64,000 bases of DNA, taken from positions 3,104,001 through 3,168,000 of the forward strand of contig CAXXTU010000002.1 of the NCBI GenBank assembly GCA_963662655.2. Direction: 5' to 3'. This stretch comes from Candidatus Cloacimonadales bacterium. Its GTDB lineage: Bacteria > Cloacimonadota > Cloacimonadia > Cloacimonadales > JAIOQZ01. The notes beneath the pieces were generated by a model. The model searched no databases. It was given only the letters and a program-made list of their open reading frames with translations, and was not told where the DNA came from. Every line of letters starts with the position of its first letter. Within the stretch, counting starts at the first letter, position 1. Position numbers and translations under genes: made by a program. Positions 56,478 to 64,000 of the stretch are shown here, one piece after another.

Positions 56478-58013
56478 ATGAAGCTGAGAATGTATGTCGA
56501 GATATGTCTTGTGGCGATTCTTTTCCTGATGCCGGCGCTTCTGTTTTCTGAAATCCAATATGAACTGAGTCATCTAGAAACAACGATTCTTGACGAGCCG
56601 TATCAATTCGTACACCGGATTGGAGACAGCGCGCTGCGATTCTACACACTGGAAGTCACTTCCGATTCGATTTTCGTGAGGAGCTTCACGTTTGACGAGG
56701 ACGGGATTGTGGGCACAACGCAGACGATGTTGCAGGTGGAAAATCGATACGGTTATTCACTGTACTACGACAATTATCACTATTTCCAGATGGGTGAGAT
56801 CGTGCATGTTTGCTGCGCTTGTGACAATGTCCTGCTGATCTTCTCGTTCGATGAGAATGAATACCTGCAAACATACGAGCTCAATCTTACGGCCTATAAT
56901 AATTTATCGATCTGGTATGGCGGACTCACACTGTGGGACGAGTTCACCTTTTTGTATATTGCCGATTACTCCATCTACAGTGTCGACATTCAAAACGATG
57001 TAACCGAGACGATCGACACGTTCACGGAGTGGGACGAGATCACGATCTATCCGCTGGGACAGGAGTACCTCCTTGCCGGCAGGTCCGGTTTTATCTGGAT
57101 GCTCTACGATTCCGATTTCAACCTGCTTCAGGAGATAACCGAAGAGGACATCCCGGATATTAATGGAGCTATGTTCACTCGGGGGTTACCGGCGTTTGCA
57201 ATCGGAGGAGGCTATATAATCTCCTTGCAGAACATGATCATGTACGATCACACCGATTACGTGTGGGTCGAGAATGGGAACGAATTGCATTTTGATTCAG
57301 CTTTCTTCGACGACCCCGATGGGTACAACTATCGAAACAATTTCGTTGCGGTCGATGATCGGAAATTTCTCTATCTCGAGTCGTTGTGGGGCTCGAATGT
57401 CATTACCAGCAGGACGATTGACAACCATGAGATGGAATATGCCGGGTATCATGTTGACGGCGGCTACACGCTCACCGCGATGATGAACATGTGCATCGCG
57501 TCGCTTATATGCACGGATGCCGGCAACGAGGTGCATGTATACGATTTCGTGAGCGAGCGTGATTTCACGTTTGCGTGCCCGGAAATTCCGGTGCCGTCCG
57601 ACGTGTGTTGGAACAGCTACGCGTTCGACCATGTTCTGATGCTCGAACGCGTTCCTACCAGCGGGAGTTCGAGAACGATTTATCGTTATGAGCTCGATTA
57701 CTACTATCCAACGGATGATGGGGAGGTTACTCCGGTCGAATTAGCGCTAAGCTGCTATCCTAATCCGTTCAACCCGACGACGACGTTTCGCTTCACGTTA
57801 CCGATGGATGGTCATGTCGAGATAACCGTTTACAATGCGAAGGGGCAGCTTGTACGGAGGCTGGCGAACGATCGCTTCGAGAGCGGCGAGAGCCAGGTCG
57901 TGTGGTCGGGAGACGACAGTACAGGTATAACCGTGGCTTCGGGCGTTTACTTCTACCGCATGAAGCTTGACGGCAAGCCGTTCGGAACCGGCAAGATGCT
58001 GTTGATGAAATAG
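56478..58013 (+). CDS. Secreted protein of unknown function with C-terminal FlgD-Ig domain
   Basis: Signal peptide; beta-rich body; 'YPNPFNPTT...YNAKGQLVR...GKMLLMK'. Confidence 0.82.
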   Translation: MKLRMYVEICLVAILFLMPALLFSEIQYELSHLETTILDEPYQFVHRIGDSALRFYTLEVTSDSIFVRSFTFDEDGIVGTTQTMLQVENRYGYSLYYDNYHYFQMGEIVHVCCACDNVLLIFSFDENEYLQTYELNLTAYNNLSIWYGGLTLWDEFTFLYIADYSIYSVDIQNDVTETIDTFTEWDEITIYPLGQEYLLAGRSGFIWMLYDSDFNLLQEITEEDIPDINGAMFTRGLPAFAIGGGYIISLQNMIMYDHTDYVWVENGNELHFDSAFFDDPDGYNYRNNFVAVDDRKFLYLESLWGSNVITSRTIDNHEMEYAGYHVDGGYTLTAMMNMCIASLICTDAGNEVHVYDFVSERDFTFACPEIPVPSDVCWNSYAFDHVLMLERVPTSGSSRTIYRYELDYYYPTDDGEVTPVELALSCYPNPFNPTTTFRFTLPMDGHVEITVYNAKGQLVRRLANDRFESGESQVVWSGDDSTGITVASGVYFYRMKLDGKPFGTGKMLLMK

Positions 58014-58033
58014 GTTTTCTCAATTTTCATGCG

Positions 58034-58067
58034 AAAATCCTCCAGGAACCTGGAGGATTTTTTCTTT
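58034..58067 (+). terminator. Intrinsic terminator
   Basis: AAAATCCTCCAGG-AA-CCTGGAGGATTTT plus a T tract, 20 bp after the stop. Confidence 0.8.
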
Positions 58068-58103
58068 GAGGCGGTTGTGCGACTTTCGTTGTTCGCGATC
58101 CCC

Positions 58104-58226
58104 GCGCGGCGGCGGCGTGGTAATCCGGATGTTTCACACCCGACTTACCGGCCCCTCCCTGTTTTTTCTCTGCCGCAGAAAAAACAGGGAGGGGCTGTGC
58201 GCGGAGCGCACACGCCGCCGCCGCGC
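58104..58226 (+). repeat. Family B four-way-junction element, copy 2
   Basis: 15-bp perfect terminal inverted repeat enclosing three abutting hairpins. Confidence 0.85.
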
Positions 58227-58426
58227 TGAGCCGGGCAACACCCCTAAGAATCCCATTTTCCCCGTTTAAAATGAACTGTGTCTCGTTCATGTAGTGTGTA
58301 ATGCAGAAACTATTTGACAGTATTCACTTTTTTCGGAATGAGTTTTGCCTTATAATATGTACGAGAGAAGAGAGATTTAAATTAAGATATGCAATAAAAT
58401 CATTGAGTTGAGAGTGAGGAGGATCC

Positions 58427-61400
58427 ATGAGACGATTTATCGTCCTGGCGCTGTTACTTGCGCCAATACTTGTACTTGCGAATGTTCAGCTTGAACTTCA
58501 GTTTGACCGTCCATTATTGAGGGGAGCGCATTTTGAGGATGTAACCGCTCGCATGAAAGAAGCGGGGAGTCCGGAATTACCGTACGAAACTGTTCGTATA
58601 TTGTTACCATTCGGACACCGGGTCGAGACCGTCGATGTTACATTCGGCACCGAAAACACGATTGATAACGCGAATATCGACTACGCTCCGCTGCAACAGC
58701 CGACTTCCGCAACGAATCCGCAGTACGCGACGAAGAACGTCAACGTCTACAGTGCGGACGCTGATTTCCCGGGATATACGTATAAGAACCTGGGTGTCCA
58801 GAGGATGAATGGACACGACATTCTGCTGTTGAACATCTACCCCTACCAATACAATCCGGTGCGGAAAACCCTGACATGGTTTTCCGGTGCTGATATCGAT
58901 GTCGAGACAACCGAAGACAATACACTTCGTGAAGAGCAAAATCGTTTTCTCGTGCAGTCGAATAGGGTTGAAGCGAATGTCAGCAGAGTTGTAAACAACC
59001 CTCAGGAACTTAACAGCTACACCAAGACGCATTCGAGCCGCATGGCCGGATCGCGAGATCCCGAAGGCCCGTTCACCATGATCATCATTACGGACTCCGC
59101 TCGTGAGCCGTTCTGGGGAGATTTCATGGCGTGGAAGACCGGTCACGGTATCTCGAACGGCCTGTTTCTGGTCGAAGATATCTACGCCGAGTACGATGGT
59201 GTGGATAACGCGGAGAAGGTCAGGAATTTCATTATCGACGCCTATACGACCTACGCGGAAACCGATACGCCTCTCGAATACGTGCTTCTTGGCGGCGACG
59301 ACGAGATTTGCCCTGAGCGTGGTTGCTACGGGCAGGTCGGCGGAACGATCGATCTGCGAATTCCGACCGACATGTATTTCGGAAGCCTCGATGGCGGGTG
59401 GAACGACAACGGCAACTCGGTGTGGGGCGAATTGGCGGATAATCCGGACCTCCTTCCCGATGTGGCTGTGGGACGTATCTCCGCAGAATCCGAGACCGAG
59501 TTCAATAACGTTTTCAACAAGACCTACTACTACACGGATCAATCCACATACAGCAACGATAAAGCCCTGATGCTGGGCGAGAATCTCAATACCAATCCCA
59601 TGACCTGGGGCGGTGATTACAAAGACGAAGTCTCACCGATATTGCCGGATGCGTTTTACATCGAAACACGCTACGAACGGGATGGGACTTTTTCGACCCA
59701 ATCGGTCATTCAGGCAATCAATGAAGGCGTTGGCATCATCAACCACATGGGCCACTCTAACGAATCTTACAACATGGGGCTTTCGAATAGCAACGTTCCA
59801 TCGCTCGTGAACACAGAGTATGGTTTCGCCTACTCGCAAGGGTGCTATCCGGCAGCGTTCGATCAACGGACCAGCCAGGACGGAGAATGTATCGCGGAGA
59901 ATCTGACGAACTCGGCGCACGGTCTTTTTGCCTACGTTGGCAATACCCGTTACGGCTGGTACGCTCCAGGAAGCGTATGGGGTGCATCCGAATTCTTTGA
60001 TATCTCATTCTTCGAGGGCCTGTTCGAACAGAATATCCGTTCTCTCGGGCAAGCGCTCGATTACTCCAAGATCGAACTGGTGAACGAAGCCGCTCAGGGC
60101 GGCGTCATGCTCTGGATATACTACGAAATGATCGTCATGGGCGATCCCAGCGTGCAAGTGAAAGACGCGACAGGCCTTTTCCCGTACGTGACGGTTGGCG
60201 AGGTCTCCGTTGAAGAGATCGAAGGCGATGGCGACGGTTTCATCAACCCGGGCGAAACCGTGTACATTTACGTCGAGCTTACAAACAACGTTGGATGGGC
60301 CGATGCGAGTCAGGTAAATGCAACGATCTCGTTCGAGGACGAAACGATTATCATTGATCATGGCACTTCCGATTATGGCGCGATTGCCAGCGGCGTATCG
60401 GTAACCAACCTGATTGATCCGTTCCAGATATCCGTTCCGGCAGAGAATGGATTTGCCGACATCAACTACACGGTTGAAGTGACCGCGTCGTCAGGATCAC
60501 AGACATACGTGAACAGCTTCGACAGGAGCTTCTCGGTCAGCATGTTCCAAAGCAACTGGCCGTGGGCCGGCGGTTTCGATTTCAAATCGGCTCCGATTCC
60601 CTATGATCTGAACGACGACGGCGTGAAGGAGATCATTGCACTTTCCGACGAAGCGGAAATCATCGCGCTTGGAATCGATGCGTCGATGGTCGATGGCTAT
60701 CCGGTAATCAACAACGAACGTATCTGGAGAAGCGCCGCGTTTGAAGATATGAACGACGATGGAGTTCCGGATATCGTTTATGTAAGCCGTCTAGGTAAGA
60801 TCGGAGCCTACAATCTGGATGGCTCAACGATATTCTCCATCGACAATGTTGCTGAGCAGCTTCAGACGCCGGTTGTCGCGGACATCGACGGTGACGATCG
60901 GTGGGAAGTCGTATCTTTGGGTATAGACGGTTATCTGCATGCAATCGACACCACTGGAGAAGAGAAAACCGGATTCCCCATCGAACTGGAACCCACCCTC
61001 GCCGAAATCGCCGCCGCAGATATGGATGGCGATGGTTTGGACGAGGTCATTGTCGGCACTACGTACGGAAATCTCTTTGTTTTACGCAGTGACGGCTCGA
61101 ATTTCTCATCCTATCCGATCTCTTTGGGTGCCGCAATTGTGGGAGCGCCAATTGTATTGCCCGACATGAGCATCATTGTCGGAACACAGGATAACAAATT
61201 GTTCAGGCTTTCTCCTTCCGGCACAACCATACTGGAAATGGAACTTAACGGAAGGGTCGCCAATTCCGCGATCGTTGCGGATTTCGACAACGATCTGGTT
61301 TTGGAGTTGGCCTTTACGACTCACAATGGTTACATCTACATCATCGAGATGGACGGGACGATTCTGGACGGTTTCCCGATCGATACTGGCAGTACGTTCC

Positions 61401-62020
61401 TCAATCCACCGCTTGCCGTTGATTTCGATAATGACGACGAGGTGGAGATCGTTGCGTTTACAAGCTTGAGCAATCTCTATGCCTTCAATCCCGACGGTAC
61501 CTCGGCAGGATTTTCTCCAGTGCCGGTTCAGCTTGGTGGCAACACGCCGGGAACCATCATGGACCTCGATGACGACGGCGACGTCGAATTCATCTGTGGA
61601 AACGCGAGCGGTGTTGTGATCCTTGACTGCAAGATGCAATCGGGAACGAAAATGCCGTGGTACACATACCGTGGAAACCTGCGACGCACTGGCTACTATC
61701 GGGATAGTCCAACCGCTACGGAAGGCGGTTCCGCTCCTGAACTGACGACAGCGCTGATGAACAATTACCCGAATCCGTTCAACCCGACCACGACCATCAA
61801 GTTCAGCCTGGCGAAGAAAGCGCAGGTAAGGCTTGATGTGTACAATATTCGTGGTCAGAAGGTGAAGACACTCGTCAATGACAGTATGGACGCCGGAGCG
61901 CATCAAATCGTGTGGAACGGCGACGACGATGCCGGTAAGACCGCAGCTTCGGGAGTTTATTTCTATCGCTTGAAAACCGGTGGCTACAACAGTGTGCGGA
62001 AAATGCTCCTAATCAAGTAA
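58427..62020 (+). CDS. Secreted C25 peptidase with propeptide, FG-GAP/VCBS repeats and C-terminal FlgD-Ig domain
   Basis: 'YVLLGGD', 'VAVGRI', 'NHMGHS', 'YSQGC', 'MGDP'; repeats 'D(L/I/M)(N/D)xDGxxE(I/V)'; 'NYPNPFNPTT...RKMLLIK'. Confidence 0.9.
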   Translation: MRRFIVLALLLAPILVLANVQLELQFDRPLLRGAHFEDVTARMKEAGSPELPYETVRILLPFGHRVETVDVTFGTENTIDNANIDYAPLQQPTSATNPQYATKNVNVYSADADFPGYTYKNLGVQRMNGHDILLLNIYPYQYNPVRKTLTWFSGADIDVETTEDNTLREEQNRFLVQSNRVEANVSRVVNNPQELNSYTKTHSSRMAGSRDPEGPFTMIIITDSAREPFWGDFMAWKTGHGISNGLFLVEDIYAEYDGVDNAEKVRNFIIDAYTTYAETDTPLEYVLLGGDDEICPERGCYGQVGGTIDLRIPTDMYFGSLDGGWNDNGNSVWGELADNPDLLPDVAVGRISAESETEFNNVFNKTYYYTDQSTYSNDKALMLGENLNTNPMTWGGDYKDEVSPILPDAFYIETRYERDGTFSTQSVIQAINEGVGIINHMGHSNESYNMGLSNSNVPSLVNTEYGFAYSQGCYPAAFDQRTSQDGECIAENLTNSAHGLFAYVGNTRYGWYAPGSVWGASEFFDISFFEGLFEQNIRSLGQALDYSKIELVNEAAQGGVMLWIYYEMIVMGDPSVQVKDATGLFPYVTVGEVSVEEIEGDGDGFINPGETVYIYVELTNNVGWADASQVNATISFEDETIIIDHGTSDYGAIASGVSVTNLIDPFQISVPAENGFADINYTVEVTASSGSQTYVNSFDRSFSVSMFQSNWPWAGGFDFKSAPIPYDLNDDGVKEIIALSDEAEIIALGIDASMVDGYPVINNERIWRSAAFEDMNDDGVPDIVYVSRLGKIGAYNLDGSTIFSIDNVAEQLQTPVVADIDGDDRWEVVSLGIDGYLHAIDTTGEEKTGFPIELEPTLAEIAAADMDGDGLDEVIVGTTYGNLFVLRSDGSNFSSYPISLGAAIVGAPIVLPDMSIIVGTQDNKLFRLSPSGTTILEMELNGRVANSAIVADFDNDLVLELAFTTHNGYIYIIEMDGTILDGFPIDTGSTFLNPPLAVDFDNDDEVEIVAFTSLSNLYAFNPDGTSAGFSPVPVQLGGNTPGTIMDLDDDGDVEFICGNASGVVILDCKMQSGTKMPWYTYRGNLRRTGYYRDSPTATEGGSAPELTTALMNNYPNPFNPTTTIKFSLAKKAQVRLDVYNIRGQKVKTLVNDSMDAGAHQIVWNGDDDAGKTAASGVYFYRLKTGGYNSVRKMLLIK

Positions 62021-62044
62021 TCAATCGACAATTGAAATCATTTT

Positions 62045-62081
62045 GCCGTCCGTATGATTTTCATGCGGACGGCTTTCTTTT
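62045..62081 (+). terminator. Intrinsic terminator
   Basis: GCCGTCCGTATGA-TTT-TCATGCGGACGGC-TTTCTTTT. Confidence 0.8.
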
Positions 62082-62341
62082 AGGCTTTTTTGCTTATCGA
62101 GTGGGAAAATATCCTCCGCATGCTTGTGTGGTCAACGGATGAACTGGTCGTGCAGCTCGGGAGAGGAAACAGTCGTGCTGTTCAAGATCGTAAGTAGTAC
62201 ATCATTGGAATAGGGCTTATGCGCATTTCTTGCTACCTGGTATATGGATTGGTAATGAATCTTCTTGACAGAATTACGATTTGTATGTGATTAAATGGAA
62301 TGAAAATTGTATGAAATCACAGAAAAAATACGGAGAAAGAG

Positions 62342-62755
62342 ATGGATAGAGTTCCAATTTTCTATTTAAGTCATGGAATCGCAGTGATTGCATCTGTGTT
62401 AATCGTTCCCTGGGTGGCGTATGGTTTGGCGATCGTATTCGGTTTTCCGGTAACGGGAATGATGCGTAAAGTGACGGCGTCCGAGGACAGCCGAACGCTC
62501 GACGTGAATTTCATCATGCTGGGCGGTTGCTTGCTGGACGGCTTTGTGAGTGTGCTACTGACGATCGGTATTTTCATGGTTTTCCGATTCTACACACCGA
62601 TGCACATGATGTTCATCCTTGCGGCGGCAAAGACCATCTACACGGTTTGGCGTCATGATATTCTCGGTATGAAGTCGGATGAAATGTTCCAGGAGATCGC
62701 GCACCTGATGCTTTATTTTGGCGGGTTGTTCCTTGGCGCGCAGTTGTTGCTGTAA
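62342..62755 (+). CDS. Hypothetical membrane protein (about 4 TM)
   Basis: GGAG RBS; hydrophobic segments. Confidence 0.7.
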   Translation: MDRVPIFYLSHGIAVIASVLIVPWVAYGLAIVFGFPVTGMMRKVTASEDSRTLDVNFIMLGGCLLDGFVSVLLTIGIFMVFRFYTPMHMMFILAAAKTIYTVWRHDILGMKSDEMFQEIAHLMLYFGGLFLGAQLLL

Positions 62756-62766
62756 AGAACGGTTGA

Positions 62767-63207
62767 TTATTCGGTGTTGTTGAGAATCAGGTGGTGAATC
62801 CCCTTCTCGTTCAGGATTTTCATCGCTTCCTTGCTACCAAATAACGCTGACTTTTTCAGGCACTCGATTTCTTCGGGATTCCTGACACGCTGGTAGCACT
62901 TGGCAAGATTGATATATAGCTTAGCGATTGTACTCTTTGGGTATTGTTTATCGAGCCCGAGGTCAATCGCTTTTTTTATTGCCGCGATGGCGTGCTTGAA
63001 GTCCCGCAGCATCCAGTAGGCGGTTCCCAAGTTTCCCCATACGGTAACTTTTTCATACTCCATGGAAGGGAGTATATCGGTAGCGTTCTGAAGGCCCGCC
63101 AGTATTTTACGGTATTGCAGAACCGCATTTCTGAAATCCCCGTTTTTCAAGAATGCATTGGCGGATTTGTTGAGTGCGCTGTATTGGTCCGGATCGAAAG
63201 CAGCCAT
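62767..63207 (-). CDS. Small TPR protein
   Basis: 'WGNLGTAYWMLRDFKHAI', 'YINLAKCY', 'KSALFGSKEA'. Start uncertain (63207 or 63303). Confidence 0.75.
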   Translation of the reverse strand: MAAFDPDQYSALNKSANAFLKNGDFRNAVLQYRKILAGLQNATDILPSMEYEKVTVWGNLGTAYWMLRDFKHAIAAIKKAIDLGLDKQYPKSTIAKLYINLAKCYQRVRNPEEIECLKKSALFGSKEAMKILNEKGIHHLILNNTE

Positions 63208-63589
63208 GTAATCCCCATTCCGTCGTAATACGATTTCCCGATCGAAGAATCCAAATGAAAATCGGTTATACGGGAAATCGGTTCCAGATAACCATTTCCG
63301 CATTCCCTATCACTCTGATATATGAATCATCAAAGCGGAAATGGCATTTATGATCATGCTAACCTGATTTTGACGTTGTCATAACAAGATAATTTATATT
63401 TGCATGGTGTGCAAACAATTAAACAATTTCCACTTCGAAATTTTACAGATTCATATTCCAGGGATTGTGGAAATCGCTCTCCTAGACGATATTCCGATGG
63501 ATCATTTTACAGACTACGGCCATTCATCCGGAAGATCGTAAAAAATCTTCGCCAGGTTCGTAACGCTGCCGACTTGCGAACAGTGTTGC

Positions 63590-64000
63590 CTACTCCTCGG
63601 TATCCTCCTGAGCAGCCTTGATGTGGATCGTCATCTTTTCCTTATCAAGAACGAAGCTGGCGGCATCGTACTTCGGCGGGCCGAACCCGGGCCGAGCGTT
63701 GTTGGAGAAGTAAACGGGTTCCTGGGGAACCCCCATGAAGTTGGCGTCCAGTTCACCGTTTCCGTTCACATCGTGAATGATTGCCACCGCGTAAGTGCCG
63801 AAGGGTATCTCGCCGAAGCAGACCATCATGGAATCCTGCGTCACAGGCTTGATGATCCCGCTGTAACGCGTTTCATCGTTTCCAGGGAAGCCTTCCGGGC
63901 CGTTGTGCAGCGACAGCATGAGTTTACCTTCTACGGGGTAGAGCCCCGTAATTTCGACGCTCAGAGCGCCCATTTGTGCGTTCATACATGATATGCACAA
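63590..64000 (-). CDS. DUF2141 family protein (5'-truncated)
   Basis: 'GTYAVAIIHDVNGNGELDANFMGVPQEP..FSNN....FGPP.YD.A.F'. Confidence 0.88.
   Translation of the reverse strand: MCISCMNAQMGALSVEITGLYPVEGKLMLSLHNGPEGFPGNDETRYSGIIKPVTQDSMMVCFGEIPFGTYAVAIIHDVNGNGELDANFMGVPQEPVYFSNNARPGFGPPKYDAASFVLDKEKMTIHIKAAQEDTEE

Noticed and set aside
1..64000. tRNA, rRNA, transposase or prophage genes
   Set aside because: None recognised by eye. The four-way elements lack tRNA D- and T-loop consensus. tRNAscan-SE and Rfam were not run.

Overview
Bacterial chromosomal DNA. It is most likely Candidatus Cloacimonadota, an inference from four secreted-type proteins ending in a FlgD-Ig/'NPFNP...YNxKGQxV...KMLLxK' domain plus an anaerobe ROS-defence set. 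No rRNA, tRNA, transposase, integrase or cas gene was recognised. Contents in order: (1) a TPR-sigma54 activator with a divergent small ORF. (2) An AT-rich two-gene islet (Cap15-like 2TM/beta-barrel effector plus a degenerate SDR) bounded by an imperfect ~22-bp direct repeat; it is a candidate new antiphage module. (3) queH and three further genes (DUF2161, GNAT, GT4). (4) An ~18.7-kb type II FAS/PKS cluster (9612-28291) mixing flexirubin/aryl-polyene genes with three B12-radical SAM genes, as in 'ladderane-like' islands. It includes a KS-CLF fusion with a repeat-derived linker and one doubly frameshifted radical SAM gene. (5) lpxK, cobO and a mutM-fprA-ferritin-SOR-rubrerythrin-rubredoxin operon. 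(6) A gingipain-like C25 peptidase next to a secreted peptidyl-arginine-deiminase-like gene. (7) mnmE and dxs. (8) A DUF1998 helicase with an inserted HNH domain, divergent from an SprT-like gene, both bracketed by 188-bp direct repeats. (9) An M20 peptidase-dapB-dapF unit, orphan flhF-flhG, and large secreted proteins. Three families of structured intergenic repeats are present; one folds into a gap-free four-way junction in both copies. All calls are by eye from motifs; no database search or folding program was run.
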